A stretch of DNA of 37,705 nt from an uncultured Lachnospiraceae bacterium (GCA_964416085.1 CAYQCO010000002.1:1-37705); one strand, 5' to 3'. Numbered from the stretch's first letter, positions 14,756-25,279 are shown. Made by a program: numbers and translations. Notes: generated by a model from the letters alone, not told the origin.

Positions 14756-16932
14756 TGATTGCGGAAGTTGTTGTTGACATATCCAACGACTCTGTTGATA
14801 GAGTATACGATTATGTCGCGCTTGATGACACTGTTGTAGGCACTCGCGTAAAAGTGCCTTTTGCTTCAAGGCTCGTTTTGGGTTATGTCCTAAAACTTAA
14901 AAATGACAGTGATTGTGATAGTTCAAAACTAAAAACTATCAAACAAAATTTAGACCAATTTCCTTTGATAAAACCAGAATTGTTAAAAATGACCGAGTGG
15001 TTGTCTAGTCGGTTTTTTTTGCGTAAGGCAGATGTGTTCAAATTGTTGTTGCCTTCAATAATTAGAAATGACCTTGTAAAAGACAAAATCAAAGAAATTT
15101 TGTCACTTAATATGGATATTGATTCAGCAATAAATGTGGTTGGCAAACGTGCCAAAAGTCAACTTGGTGCGGTTGCATATTTGAATGATAACGGCGAAGA
15201 GTTGAGAACAAAAATGGCCGAACTTTTTGGCGCCAGTGCAATAAAAGCACTTATTGACAAGGGTGTTGTGTCTGTTAGACAAGAAAAGGTTAATAGACTC
15301 AAAATTGACACACAAAAAGAGCAAAAGCGTGTCACTTTAAACGCTGGACAACAAAATGCGGTTGAGCAAATAACAAATGGCAAAGGAGTGTTTTTGATTA
15401 AAGGTGTCACTGGCAGTGGAAAAACCGAAGTGTATATGAATGTTATCGAAAATGCCCTAAAAAACAACAAGACCGCCATAATGCTCGTGCCAGAAATTTC
15501 GCTCACACCACAAATGTTGAACAGATTTTCTTCACGTTTTCCGGGGATTGTGGCTGTATTACATAGCGGACTTAGTGATGGTGAAAAATATGACGAATGG
15601 AAGCGAATTTTTGACGGAGAAGCAAAGGTTGTGCTGGGGGCAAGAAGTGCTATTTTTGCACCTATTGAAAATTTGGGTGCAATAATTATTGACGAAGAAC
15701 ACGATTCAAGTTATGTGAGCGAGTCAAATCCAAGATATGCAACCGAAGATGTGGCAATTTTTAGGGCAAAATACAATGATTGTCCAGTTGTTTTGGGCAG
15801 TGCCACTCCAAAGATTGAGAGTTACAAAAAAGCGCTAGACAAAGAATTTCAACTCATTGAACTCAACGAGAGAGTCAACAATCTTGAAATGCCAGCAATC
15901 CAAATTGTAGATATGCTTCAAGAGATTATGAACGGCAACACTTTGCCATATTCAAAACTTATGCTTGCTCGACTTCAACAAGCAATAGACAACCAAAAAC
16001 AATCAATTTTATTCATCAACAGACGTGGATATGCAAGTTTTGTTATGTGTAGAGAGTGCGGATATATTGCCAAATGTGACGATTGTGCTGTGTCTCTTAC
16101 TTATCACAAAGAAGACGAAGAACTCAAATGCCATTTTTGTGGCAAAAGATATAGGATGCTTACAAATTGCCCAAATTGTAAGAGCAAAAACATAAAATAT
16201 GGCGCACTTGGAACAGAGCGAGTGTGCAGGGAACTTCAAGAGTTTTTTCCAAATGTTCCTATATTTAGAATGGACAACGACACAACAAGGGGCAAAGACG
16301 GACACAAAAAGATTTTGCAAGAGTTTTCTGCTACCAGTCCAAGTATTTTGGTAGGCACTCAAATGATTGCCAAAGGTCACGACTATCCAAATGTTGCTTT
16401 TGTAGGAATTTTGGATGCGGATGTTAGTTTATATACAAGTGATTATCGCTCAACAGAACGCACTTTTCAACTCGTAACTCAGGTGGCGGGTAGAACAGGT
16501 AGAAAAAACAATGACGGCTTTGTCGTGCTTCAAACTTATGCGCCAAAACATTATGTTTATCGCTTTGCTTCAAGTTATGATTACATAGGTTTTTATGAAA
16601 AAGAAATAAACCTTAGACAGACGACCAAATTTCCACCATATACAACAATTATTAGGATTTTGGTGAGCGGAGAAGATGAACAAAGGGTTTTGGTGGCTAC
16701 TAAAAAAATTTATGACAAGACATTGCAAATCAAAGAAAAATATGGTAATATGATAGCGTTTTTGCAAGCGATGAATGCACCAGTAAAACGTATTCAAAAA
16801 AAATATAGATATCAAATTCTTGCGCGAGTTAGTCCAAAGGACAATTTGATAGCAGAATTTTATAACGCTTCAAATATTATAGAAAAAAATGTTTCGGTTT
16901 TTGTAGAAACCAATCCAAACAATTTGAGATAA
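14755..16932 (+). CDS. priA: Primosomal protein N' (replication restart helicase PriA)
   Basis: 725 aa. Walker A GVTGSGKTEVY, DEEHD box, and a Cys-rich zinc-binding insertion (CRECG...CDDC...CHFCG...CPNC). Confidence 0.95.
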   Translation: MIAEVVVDISNDSVDRVYDYVALDDTVVGTRVKVPFASRLVLGYVLKLKNDSDCDSSKLKTIKQNLDQFPLIKPELLKMTEWLSSRFFLRKADVFKLLLPSIIRNDLVKDKIKEILSLNMDIDSAINVVGKRAKSQLGAVAYLNDNGEELRTKMAELFGASAIKALIDKGVVSVRQEKVNRLKIDTQKEQKRVTLNAGQQNAVEQITNGKGVFLIKGVTGSGKTEVYMNVIENALKNNKTAIMLVPEISLTPQMLNRFSSRFPGIVAVLHSGLSDGEKYDEWKRIFDGEAKVVLGARSAIFAPIENLGAIIIDEEHDSSYVSESNPRYATEDVAIFRAKYNDCPVVLGSATPKIESYKKALDKEFQLIELNERVNNLEMPAIQIVDMLQEIMNGNTLPYSKLMLARLQQAIDNQKQSILFINRRGYASFVMCRECGYIAKCDDCAVSLTYHKEDEELKCHFCGKRYRMLTNCPNCKSKNIKYGALGTERVCRELQEFFPNVPIFRMDNDTTRGKDGHKKILQEFSATSPSILVGTQMIAKGHDYPNVAFVGILDADVSLYTSDYRSTERTFQLVTQVAGRTGRKNNDGFVVLQTYAPKHYVYRFASSYDYIGFYEKEINLRQTTKFPPYTTIIRILVSGEDEQRVLVATKKIYDKTLQIKEKYGNMIAFLQAMNAPVKRIQKKYRYQILARVSPKDNLIAEFYNASNIIEKNVSVFVETNPNNLR

Positions 16933-16941
16933 GGAGAAATT

Positions 16942-17415
16942 ATGGCAATTAGAGATATTGTGCAACATACAGATAGTTTTATTAGAAACAAATCAAGAGC
17001 AGTAAAATATATTGATGACAAAATCATTGAACTTTTGGACGATATGAAAGAAACTGTCCTAAAAGCCAACGGCTCAGGACTTGCGGCTGTTCAAGTGGGG
17101 ATATTAAAGCGTATTTTTGTAATCAATATCAATGGAGTGTATATGGAGTTTATCAATCCAGTGATAGTTGACAAACAAGGAGAGCAATGTCAAATTGAGG
17201 GCTGTTTAAGCATCAAAAAACCTTATGCTTTTGTAAAACGCCCAGAAACAGTAACAGTTGTTGCGCTGGATAGAGCGGGCAACGAGTTTAGTTATACGTG
17301 CAGTGATTATACTGCTATTGCTGTTTGTCACGAATACGACCACCTTGACGGAGTGCTTTATATTGACAAAGTTGAAAGATATGCAACTCGTGAAGAAATG
17401 TATGGAGAAAACTAA
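16942..17415 (+). CDS. def: Peptide deformylase
   Basis: GLAAVQVG, EGCLS and HEYDHLDG metal-binding motifs. Confidence 0.95.
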   Translation: MAIRDIVQHTDSFIRNKSRAVKYIDDKIIELLDDMKETVLKANGSGLAAVQVGILKRIFVININGVYMEFINPVIVDKQGEQCQIEGCLSIKKPYAFVKRPETVTVVALDRAGNEFSYTCSDYTAIAVCHEYDHLDGVLYIDKVERYATREEMYGEN

Positions 17416-18345
17416 ATGAATATTGTTTTGTTTGGGACATCAAAGTTTAGCACTTTGGTGGCGGAAAGATTGAAGGATAGTCAACACAAAATCATAGCAG
17501 TAGTGACTCAGCCTGACAAGGTTAATGGCAGAAATGGCAAGGTGAGTTTTAATGAACTCAAAGTTTTTGCTATGAATAATAATATCCCTTGTTATCAGTT
17601 TGAAAAACTTAATCGTGACGGCGAAGAAATATTGAAGTCAATAAATGCGGACTGTTTTGTGACCGCGTCTTATGGACAAATTATCAAACAAAATATTTTA
17701 GACATTTGCCCAATATACAATGTGCACGCGTCACTTCTTCCAAAATATAGGGGCTCTTCGCCAATTCAGTGGTGCTTGATTAATGGTGAAAAAAAGACAG
17801 GCGTCACAATTATGAAAACAGAACTAGGACTAGATTGTGGCGAAATGTATTTGAAAAAAGAAATAGATATTTTGGATACTGATACAAGTGATACATTATT
17901 TGAAAAATTGGGAGTTTTGGGCGGAGATGCGATTGTTGAATTCCTTGACGATATTGATTTTTACAAGCAAAATGCCCAACCACAAAACGAGAGCGAGATG
18001 ACATATTTTCCAATGCTAAAAAAGGAAATGGCAGAGATTGATTTTGGCCTGCCAGCAGAAAAAATAGTCAATCTTATTCGCGGACTTTCAACTTGTATGA
18101 CGGCGTATTTTATGCACAACAATTTGAGATACAAAGTTGTTTTTGCGCGCCTTTTAGACCGCAAAGGAAATGCTGGTGAAGTGATTGAAGCAAGTCACAA
18201 AAATGGACTTGTCATTGCAACAAGCGACAAAGCAATTGAAATTGTAAAAATCCAACCAGAAGGGAAAGCAGTTATGGATGCCAAAGCATTTTGTAATGGC
18301 GGAAAAATCAAGGTTGGAGATTTTGTTGGAAAGGTTGGTTTTTAA
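17416..18345 (+). CDS. fmt: Methionyl-tRNA formyltransferase
   Basis: 309 aa. NVHASLLPKYRGSSPIQW formyltransferase motif. Conserved position directly after def. Confidence 0.95.
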   Translation: MNIVLFGTSKFSTLVAERLKDSQHKIIAVVTQPDKVNGRNGKVSFNELKVFAMNNNIPCYQFEKLNRDGEEILKSINADCFVTASYGQIIKQNILDICPIYNVHASLLPKYRGSSPIQWCLINGEKKTGVTIMKTELGLDCGEMYLKKEIDILDTDTSDTLFEKLGVLGGDAIVEFLDDIDFYKQNAQPQNESEMTYFPMLKKEMAEIDFGLPAEKIVNLIRGLSTCMTAYFMHNNLRYKVVFARLLDRKGNAGEVIEASHKNGLVIATSDKAIEIVKIQPEGKAVMDAKAFCNGGKIKVGDFVGKVGF

Positions 18346-18427
18346 TTTATAAATTTGATAACAATTTAAGTCAAAAAAAATGAATAGGCATAAGGATTAT
18401 GCAAAAATATAGGTTTGGTGGCCAAGA

Positions 18428-19456
18428 ATGAAAATACTTGCAGATTTTAATAAGGAAGGATTGAAGAATGAACTAAAAGATTTGCCCAAATTTAGGGTGA
18501 ATCAAATTTTTGACGCAATAATTCAAGCAAAGGATTGGAACAACACCACTATCCCAAAGGCAATTTATGAAAAGTTGCAACAAGACTATATTTTAAAGCC
18601 TGTTGAGATATTTGAGGTTTACGAGTCAAAAGACGGCACAAAAAAATATCTTTTGAAACTAACTGACAACAACATTATTGAATGTGTGTTTTTAAAACAA
18701 AATTATGGCAACACAATCTGTATGTCAACGCAAGTAGGATGTCGAATGGGTTGCAAATTTTGTGCCTCTACTGTGGGCGGACTTATTAGAAGTTTGACTT
18801 GCGGTGAAATGCTTGGTTGCATCGCGACACTAAATGCTGACAATGGAAAGTGCAACGAAAGAAATTTTTCAAACATTGTTCTTATGGGGAGCGGAGAACC
18901 ATTTGACAACTTTAATGAGGTGGTCAAATTTTTGCGACTTGTTACTGGTGAGGGATTTAATGTAAGCGAAAGGAATATATCGCTTTCCACTTGCGGACTG
19001 GTTGACAAAATCTATGAGTTTATGCGTCTTAATTTTAATGTCACACTTTGCATTTCTCTTCACGCTTCAACTGATGAATATAGAAAATCAATTATGCCAG
19101 TTGCTTTCCGCTATTCAATAAGTGAAATTGCAAAGGCGGTCAAAGATTATGCAGAATACACAAAACGCCGTGTGGTGCTTGAATATTGCTTGATTAAGGG
19201 TGTAAATGATAGTTTTGAGGACTGTGAGAGACTATCAAAAATCTTTAAGGGCATGTTGTGTCACTTTAATGTAATATGCTTAAATCCAAAAGACGATAAA
19301 TTATCCGCCACCACAAAAAAAGAAGCCTACGCTTTTATTGCCAAACTTAATGAATTGGGGCTGTCGGCATCGCTTAGAAGAAGTCAAGGCAGTGACATAC
19401 AAGGTGCTTGCGGGCAACTTCGTGCCAAGCGTCTTGAAGAAATAGAAGAAAATTAA
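18428..19456 (+). CDS. rlmN: 23S rRNA (adenine2503-C2)-methyltransferase, radical SAM
   Basis: KFRVNQIF N-terminal motif, radical-SAM cluster CRMGCKFC, GSGEP, and C-terminal GSDIQGACGQL. Confidence 0.92.
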   Translation: MKILADFNKEGLKNELKDLPKFRVNQIFDAIIQAKDWNNTTIPKAIYEKLQQDYILKPVEIFEVYESKDGTKKYLLKLTDNNIIECVFLKQNYGNTICMSTQVGCRMGCKFCASTVGGLIRSLTCGEMLGCIATLNADNGKCNERNFSNIVLMGSGEPFDNFNEVVKFLRLVTGEGFNVSERNISLSTCGLVDKIYEFMRLNFNVTLCISLHASTDEYRKSIMPVAFRYSISEIAKAVKDYAEYTKRRVVLEYCLIKGVNDSFEDCERLSKIFKGMLCHFNVICLNPKDDKLSATTKKEAYAFIAKLNELGLSASLRRSQGSDIQGACGQLRAKRLEEIEEN

Positions 19457-19458
19457 AG

Positions 19459-19493
19459 TTAGTCTATAAAAAATAATAGACTAATTTTTTTTT
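19459..19493 (+). terminator. Rho-independent terminator after rlmN
   Basis: Stem TTAGTCTAT / ATAGACTAA (9 bp) with an 8-nt A-rich loop, then a T9 run. Confidence 0.75.
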
Positions 19494-19525
19494 AAGTGTT
19501 ATAATATAATACATAGGAGAATATT

Positions 19526-20185
19526 ATGGCAAAAATTATTGTTTCGGCATCGTCACTTCCAGCAGGGAGAAATATGTCTAGTCAGTTGGAATATATCACT
19601 CGTGTGCAAAATTTTGGTGCAGATATGTATCATATTGATGTTATGGATGGCAAGTTTGTTCCAAGAGAGTCTATTGACTTCAATTATTTGGAGCAGTTGA
19701 GAGAAAATAGTGTGCTTCTTTTTGACGTTCATCTTATGGTGCAAGAACCTAGCACTGCTCTAATAAAGAAATATATCAAGTATGGGGCAAATATTATTTC
19801 TCTCCATTATGAAGCATATCAAGACAAAGATGTGTTTAAAAAGAGATTGGAATTTGTAAAGAAAAACGGATGTATGGCAAGTATTGCTATTGATGTGGGA
19901 ACAAAGGTAGAAGAAATTATGCCTTATCTAAGTCTTGCTGATATGGTTTGTATTATGGCAGTAAAAGTAGGTCGTGGCGGTCAAAAGTTTAATGATAGTG
20001 CACTTAAAAAAGCCAAAGAGATAAGAAAGGCAAACAAGACTATTCTTATTGAGATAGACGGCGGAATAAATGGAGTGACTGCACCTCAATGTGTAAAGGC
20101 AGGAGCAGATATATTAGCAGTTGGTTCGTTTATTTATGACAATGACACTTATGAAGCAATCCAATGTCTAAAAGGCAAAGCATAA
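19526..20185 (+). CDS. rpe: Ribulose-phosphate 3-epimerase
   Basis: HIDVMDGKFVP, FDVHLMV and IEIDGGI motifs of the Rpe TIM-barrel family. Confidence 0.88.
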   Translation: MAKIIVSASSLPAGRNMSSQLEYITRVQNFGADMYHIDVMDGKFVPRESIDFNYLEQLRENSVLLFDVHLMVQEPSTALIKKYIKYGANIISLHYEAYQDKDVFKKRLEFVKKNGCMASIAIDVGTKVEEIMPYLSLADMVCIMAVKVGRGGQKFNDSALKKAKEIRKANKTILIEIDGGINGVTAPQCVKAGADILAVGSFIYDNDTYEAIQCLKGKA

Positions 20186-20904
20186 TGGACAATAGATACT
20201 ATTTTGAAAAAGCAAACCAAGACACAATAGAGATTGTTGGGCAAGAATACATTCATCTTGCAAAGGTTAGAAGAGCAAGTGTGGGAGATACAATTCACGC
20301 TATATGTCTTGACGGATATGACTATGTCTTGAAGATTGACAATATAACCAAAAACAAAGCAGTGTGTAGCATTGTGTCAAAAGAACACAACAATTCTATG
20401 GATAGACCCAATATTACAGTTTATCTAGCAAGTATAAAGCAAGACGCATTAAAAGAAGCACTGGACAATCTTACACAACTTAATGCAAAAGAGATTGTTA
20501 TATTTGAAAGCGAATATACACAAGCCAAATATACCAAAGACAAAATAGAAAAGTTAAAAAACAATCTTATTCAATCAGCAAAGCAGAGCGAGAGAGCGGA
20601 TATACCAAATATTAGATTGATAGGCTTTAAGAGTATGATAGACGAGTTGAAAGCGAGTGACCTAAATATATTTGCTTATGAAAATGCAAGTGACAACTTT
20701 TTGACATTAAATATAGGGGAATACAAAGACAAACATATTTCTCTTATAGTAGGCGGAGAAGGGGGATTTGCTCCAAATGAAGTAGAACAACTTGACAAAA
20801 TATCCAAAAGAGTAAGTATGGGCAGAACAATCCTTAGAGCACCAGTGGCAGCGACTTCGCTTTTGGCTTCAACTTTATCTCTTCTTGGTGAGTGGCATAG
20901 GTAG
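20185..20904 (+). CDS. rsmE: 16S rRNA (uracil1498-N3)-methyltransferase
   Basis: RYYFE N-terminus, HLAKVRR PUA-like motif, and C-terminal SPOUT knot VGGEGGF...GRTILRAPVA. Start chosen at the ATG overlapping the rpe stop (TAATG); the alternative start is 20164. Confidence 0.82.
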   Translation: MDNRYYFEKANQDTIEIVGQEYIHLAKVRRASVGDTIHAICLDGYDYVLKIDNITKNKAVCSIVSKEHNNSMDRPNITVYLASIKQDALKEALDNLTQLNAKEIVIFESEYTQAKYTKDKIEKLKNNLIQSAKQSERADIPNIRLIGFKSMIDELKASDLNIFAYENASDNFLTLNIGEYKDKHISLIVGGEGGFAPNEVEQLDKISKRVSMGRTILRAPVAATSLLASTLSLLGEWHR

Positions 20905-20911
20905 GTGGCGG

Positions 20912-22159
20912 ATGAAGATTTGTATATTAACACTGGGATGCAAGGTCAACGAATACGAAAGTTTGTCAATGACTACGCAACTTGTCAAACTCGGTCATCA
21001 AGTGAGCAACAAATTGCAGGTGGCGGATTGTTATATTCTAAACACTTGTGCAGTCACAAATATGGCAGAGAGAAAGTCTAGACAAATGATTGCCAAAATA
21101 AAAAAAATGAGTCCAAATGCAAAGATTGTTGTTTGCGGTTGTGCATCACAACACAACAATGCTCAATTCTTTAATTTTAATGAGGTTACAAGCGTGATTG
21201 GGAATGTCGGCAAGGAAAATATCATTGAATACATAAACAACTCACACAAAGAAAATTTAAAGGATATTCCCACCAATTATACACCAATGGAGTATGCAAC
21301 CAAGACCAAGACAAGACAATACATAAAAATTCAAGACGGTTGCAACAACTTTTGCTCTTATTGTATTATTCCTTATACTCGTGGCAGAAGTAGAAGTAGG
21401 GACAAGCAGGATATCATAAACGAGATAAAACAATCCACCGCCAAAGAAATTGTAATCACAGGAATTAATGTGAGCGATTACAGGATAGGCGGACAACTTG
21501 CGCTCATTGATTTGTTGGAAGAAATTGACAAACTCAACATAAGATTTCGTCTTTCATCTCTTGAATGTGTGATTATTGATGATGAATTTTTGAAGAGATT
21601 GAAGAGTCTAAACAATTTTTGTCCATTCTTTCATTTGAGTTTGCAATCGGCTTGCAATTCGACTTTAAAAAGAATGAACAGACATTACACGATTGAAGAG
21701 TATATTGAAGTGTGCAAGAAAATTAAGGATTATTTCCCACAAAGCACAATTTCTACTGACCTTATTGTTGGCTTTAAGGGTGAAACAGATGAAGAGTTTA
21801 ATGAAACAGTTGAAAACTTAAAGAAAATCCCATTTGCGTTTATTCATATTTTCCCATACAGCATTAGGCAGGGAACAAATGCAGAAAAATTGGGTGGTGA
21901 TGTGCCAGCCGATGTGGTAAAAAATAGAGAAGCACAACTTATTGAATACAACAAGCGAATAAAACAGCAATTTGTTTTGTCAAATTTAGGCAAAACCCAC
22001 AAAGTGCTTGTTGAAGAAAACATTGACGGATATTCTTGTGGATATAGTGAAAACTATCTCTATTGTTACATCAAGGGGGATATCAAAGAAGGCGAAATTG
22101 TGAGTGTAATTCCAACACAAGAATTTGGTGACGGAGCGGTGTGCGAAATTGCAAAATAA
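20912..22159 (+). CDS. mtaB: tRNA (t6A37) methylthiotransferase MtaB, radical SAM
   Basis: MKICILTLGCKVNEYES UPF0004 N-domain, radical-SAM CNNFCSYC, and a C-terminal TRAM-like domain. Follows rsmE as in Bacillus (yqeU-yqeV). Start placed at the Met at 20912. Confidence 0.85.
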   Translation: MKICILTLGCKVNEYESLSMTTQLVKLGHQVSNKLQVADCYILNTCAVTNMAERKSRQMIAKIKKMSPNAKIVVCGCASQHNNAQFFNFNEVTSVIGNVGKENIIEYINNSHKENLKDIPTNYTPMEYATKTKTRQYIKIQDGCNNFCSYCIIPYTRGRSRSRDKQDIINEIKQSTAKEIVITGINVSDYRIGGQLALIDLLEEIDKLNIRFRLSSLECVIIDDEFLKRLKSLNNFCPFFHLSLQSACNSTLKRMNRHYTIEEYIEVCKKIKDYFPQSTISTDLIVGFKGETDEEFNETVENLKKIPFAFIHIFPYSIRQGTNAEKLGGDVPADVVKNREAQLIEYNKRIKQQFVLSNLGKTHKVLVEENIDGYSCGYSENYLYCYIKGDIKEGEIVSVIPTQEFGDGAVCEIAK

Positions 22160-22269
22160 AGTGCTTTTTGTTGCAAGATTTTGAAAATAATTTAAAAAAT
22201 TGAAAAAAACTTGGCATTTTTGCTTTAAGTTTTTTGAGTTTTAAGATATAATAACATTAGGAGAGAATT

Positions 22270-22605
22270 ATGGAAGAATGTATTTTTTGCAAAATCAAAT
22301 TTAATGAATTGCCATCAACAAAGGTTTATGAAGATGACAACTTTTTTATCATAAAGGATATCAATCCTATGGCAAAAATTCACCTTATTGCAATTCCAAA
22401 AGAGCATTATAGTTCACTTGATATGCAGACAGAAAAAGGGGCAGAACTCTTTGGCAGGATTATCAACAAAATTGCCAATCTTCAAGATGAGTTGGGTCTA
22501 AGCAATGGATATAGACTTGTTATCAATCAAGGCGAAGATGCAGGTCAATCTGTTCAACATTTGCATATTCACATTATGGGCGGCGAAAAGTTGAAGAATT
22601 TATAA
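22270..22605 (+). CDS. HIT-family (histidine triad) nucleotide hydrolase
   Basis: 111 aa. CIFCKI N-terminus and the HLHIHIMGG histidine triad. Confidence 0.9.
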   Translation: MEECIFCKIKFNELPSTKVYEDDNFFIIKDINPMAKIHLIAIPKEHYSSLDMQTEKGAELFGRIINKIANLQDELGLSNGYRLVINQGEDAGQSVQHLHIHIMGGEKLKNL

Positions 22606-22630
22606 TTTTTGCCAAATTCGTCAAAAACTC

Positions 22631-22659
22631 TTGACAATATCATTTTTTGTGGGTATAAT
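22631..22659 (+). promoter_or_regulatory. Sigma-A-like promoter candidate for rpsU
   Basis: TTGACA, 17-nt spacer, TATAAT, located inside the ORF-track N-terminal extension of rpsU. Confidence 0.55.
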
Positions 22660-22695
22660 AGACAAGAAAATATTTGTCAAGGTGGTGAATTTAAG

Positions 22696-22884
22696 TTGAG
22701 TACAGTTAGAGTTGGAGAAAATGAATCTATCGAAAGTGCTATGAAACGTTTCAAACGTAAATGTCAAAAAGACGGCATTATTGGTGATTTGAGAAAAAAA
22801 GAACAATATGAAAAGCCTAGCGTAAGAAAAAAGAAAAAGAGCGAGGCTGCTAGAAAACGTGCTATGAAAAAGAGCAGATATTAA
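22696..22884 (+). CDS. rpsU: 30S ribosomal protein S21
   Basis: (M)[27 protein letters not shown]...KKSRY matches the S21 pattern. TTG start at 22696, 6 nt after the end of an AAGGTGGTGA RBS. The ORF-track start at 22609 would read through the promoter. Confidence 0.88.
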   Translation: MSTVRVGENESIESAMKRFKRKCQKDGIIGDLRKKEQYEKPSVRKKKKSEAARKRAMKKSRY

Positions 22885-22888
22885 TAAG

Positions 22889-22911
22889 AGTCCCTTAGGG
22901 GACTTTTTTTA
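22889..22911 (+). terminator. Rho-independent terminator after rpsU (first of two in tandem)
   Basis: Stem AGTCCC / GGGACT, loop TTAG, then a T7 run. Confidence 0.7.
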
Positions 22912-22943
22912 GACAAACAGTGTGAAATGTTTGTCTTTTTTTA
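22911..22943 (+). terminator. Rho-independent terminator (second of the tandem pair)
   Basis: Stem AGACAAACA / TGTTTGTCT with an 8-nt loop, then a T7 run. Confidence 0.7.
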
Positions 22944-22965
22944 TGCTTAAAATTGCAATTTTGTT

Positions 22966-22993
22966 TTGAATAAATTTGCTCGTGTGATATAAT
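22966..22993 (+). promoter_or_regulatory. Sigma-A-like promoter candidate with extended -10, for pcrA-ligA
   Basis: TTGAAT, 16-nt spacer ending in TGa, then TATAAT. Same layout as the plsX promoter candidate. Confidence 0.45.
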
Positions 22994-23008
22994 AGTTTTG
23001 GAGAATTT

Positions 23009-25270
23009 ATGGATTACAAACAATTATTAAACGATGCACAATATGAAGCGGTTATTTCAACAGAGGGTCCAGTTATGGTTAGTGCTGGGGCTGGCAGTGG
23101 CAAGACAAGAGTGTTGACTTATAGAGTATCATATTTGCTCACAGAATTAAATGTTCCCGCACACAATATTGTGGCGATTACTTTCACCAACAAAGCAGCC
23201 AATGAGATGAAAGAACGTATTGCGAAATATGAAGAGTCTGGGAGAGATGTCAATGTTTCAACAATACATAGTTTGTGTGCAAGACTGCTTAGAACTTATG
23301 TAAGTTTTTTGCCAGAATACAAAGAAAACTTTTCTATCTACACAGACAAAGAGCAAAAGCAAGTTTTTAAAACTGTTTTTGAGACAATGGGAATTGACAA
23401 AACTGAAAGTCAGTTGAAAGACAAAATTCAAAACCATTTTTACAAAATCAAAAACGATTGTTTGGATATTGAAGAGTATTGCTCAATTCACAAATATTTT
23501 GCAGAAATTCCTTATGTAAAACGCTTTTTTGAACTCTATCAAAAAGAACTAATAAAAAACAATGCAATGGACTTTGACGATTTGCTCATTAATGTTTACA
23601 AACTCTTAAAGAATAATGATGATGTCAGATTTTCTATTCAAAGAAAGTTTAGATATCTTATGGTTGACGAGTTTCAAGACACCAACAACCTTCAATATGA
23701 AATATTAAAACTTATGGTTGGTCCAGACAGAAACATTTTTGTCGTGGGGGATGAAGACCAGTCAATTTATAGTTGGCGTGGCGCAAATGCTGATATTATG
23801 ATGAGGTTTTTGCGAGATTTTGCTGACACCAAAGTTGTAAAACTTGAAAAAAACTATCGCTCAACCAAAGAAATTTTGTCCAAGGCCAATGAACTAATTA
23901 AAAACAACAAAAATCGTCTTGACAAGGAACTCTATACGGACAACGAAAAAGGTCAGCCAATAGAGTATTATTCTGGCTATGAAGAGAGTGAAGAAGCGGA
24001 CTATGTTGCAAGGCATATTTATATGTTGCACAGCCAGGGAGTGCCTTACAACGAAATAGCAATTTTGATGCGACTCAATGCTCTTACTAGACCGTTTGAA
24101 GAAAAACTTTTGTCATTGAATATTCCGCACAAAATCTATAATGGTTTTAAGTTTTATGATAGGGCAGAAATCAAGGCAACACTTGCATATCTTGTGGCGG
24201 TTGCCAATCCAAGCGACAACAACAATTTGTTGAAAATCATCAACTTTCCAAAACGTGGAATTGGCGAAGCAAGTATTGAAAAATTGCAACAACTTGCCGA
24301 TGCGAAAAAATGTAGTTTGAAAGAAATTATCTTGAATTTTAGGAATGAAGATATAAAATCTGCCCTAAAAACCAAACTGGAAAGTTTTGCAAAACTTCTC
24401 GACGACATTGACCAAAAATCCAAAGAGTTGGGGCTTTATGACCTTGTTTTGTATGTTGTTGATGAAGCCAAAATCAAAGAGTCTTTTGACCAAAATGATG
24501 AGCAAGGACTTGAAAGATTTATGAATGTCAACCAACTTGTTGAGTCTATTAGAGAGTATTCTGTCCTAAATCCAGAAAGCACGATTGTTGACTATTTGCA
24601 AACAGTTAGTTTGACAGCGCAAGTGGATGAAGAAGATACAACAGGCGGTGTGGTGCTTGCAACTGTGCACGGCGCCAAAGGATTGGAATTTGACAATGTA
24701 TTTATTGTTGGGCTTGAAGACAAAATTTTTCCTATTCTTCGTGACGGAGATGATGATTTGGAAGAAGAAAGACGTCTTATGTATGTGGCAATAACTAGGG
24801 CAAGAAAAAAGTTGTATCTCACCAATGCCAAGTCAAGATTTATGTATGGCAAGAGAGAACCTTCTATGCCAAGCAGATTTTTGAAAGAACTCAAAATGAT
24901 AAAAGACAAAGCGCTGGACTATATCTCTCCATATGGTGAGTATGCCAACAAAATTTATGGCAACAAATATGATTACAAAAAGTCATATAAAGGCAATGGT
25001 GAAATAAAAAATTATGCAAAAAGCAATTTTCAATCAACACCAAAAACGTTTGGATTGGGAGAAATAAAAGGTGTCACAAAAGGTATGTCAAAATCCAATA
25101 TTGATTTGTCAAAAGCAGTGGTAGGTGCACTTGTCTATCACACAAAATTTGGTAGTGGTGTGATTGTGAATACACAAGATGTTGCGAGCAATGGGTGTGT
25201 TGTGATTGATTTTGAACTGTTTGGAAAAAAGTCTCTTAACCTTGAATATGCACCAATAAAATTTTTGTAA
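23009..25270 (+). CDS. pcrA: ATP-dependent DNA helicase PcrA (UvrD/Rep superfamily 1)
   Basis: Walker A AGAGSGKT, TFTNKAANEM, DEFQDTN, VGDEDQSIYSWRGA, KNYRS, TVHGAKGLEF and VAITRAR helicase motifs. Followed by ligA as in Bacillus. Confidence 0.92.
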   Translation: MDYKQLLNDAQYEAVISTEGPVMVSAGAGSGKTRVLTYRVSYLLTELNVPAHNIVAITFTNKAANEMKERIAKYEESGRDVNVSTIHSLCARLLRTYVSFLPEYKENFSIYTDKEQKQVFKTVFETMGIDKTESQLKDKIQNHFYKIKNDCLDIEEYCSIHKYFAEIPYVKRFFELYQKELIKNNAMDFDDLLINVYKLLKNNDDVRFSIQRKFRYLMVDEFQDTNNLQYEILKLMVGPDRNIFVVGDEDQSIYSWRGANADIMMRFLRDFADTKVVKLEKNYRSTKEILSKANELIKNNKNRLDKELYTDNEKGQPIEYYSGYEESEEADYVARHIYMLHSQGVPYNEIAILMRLNALTRPFEEKLLSLNIPHKIYNGFKFYDRAEIKATLAYLVAVANPSDNNNLLKIINFPKRGIGEASIEKLQQLADAKKCSLKEIILNFRNEDIKSALKTKLESFAKLLDDIDQKSKELGLYDLVLYVVDEAKIKESFDQNDEQGLERFMNVNQLVESIREYSVLNPESTIVDYLQTVSLTAQVDEEDTTGGVVLATVHGAKGLEFDNVFIVGLEDKIFPILRDGDDDLEEERRLMYVAITRARKKLYLTNAKSRFMYGKREPSMPSRFLKELKMIKDKALDYISPYGEYANKIYGNKYDYKKSYKGNGEIKNYAKSNFQSTPKTFGLGEIKGVTKGMSKSNIDLSKAVVGALVYHTKFGSGVIVNTQDVASNGCVVIDFELFGKKSLNLEYAPIKFL

Positions 25271-25279
25271 AGGGGAATT

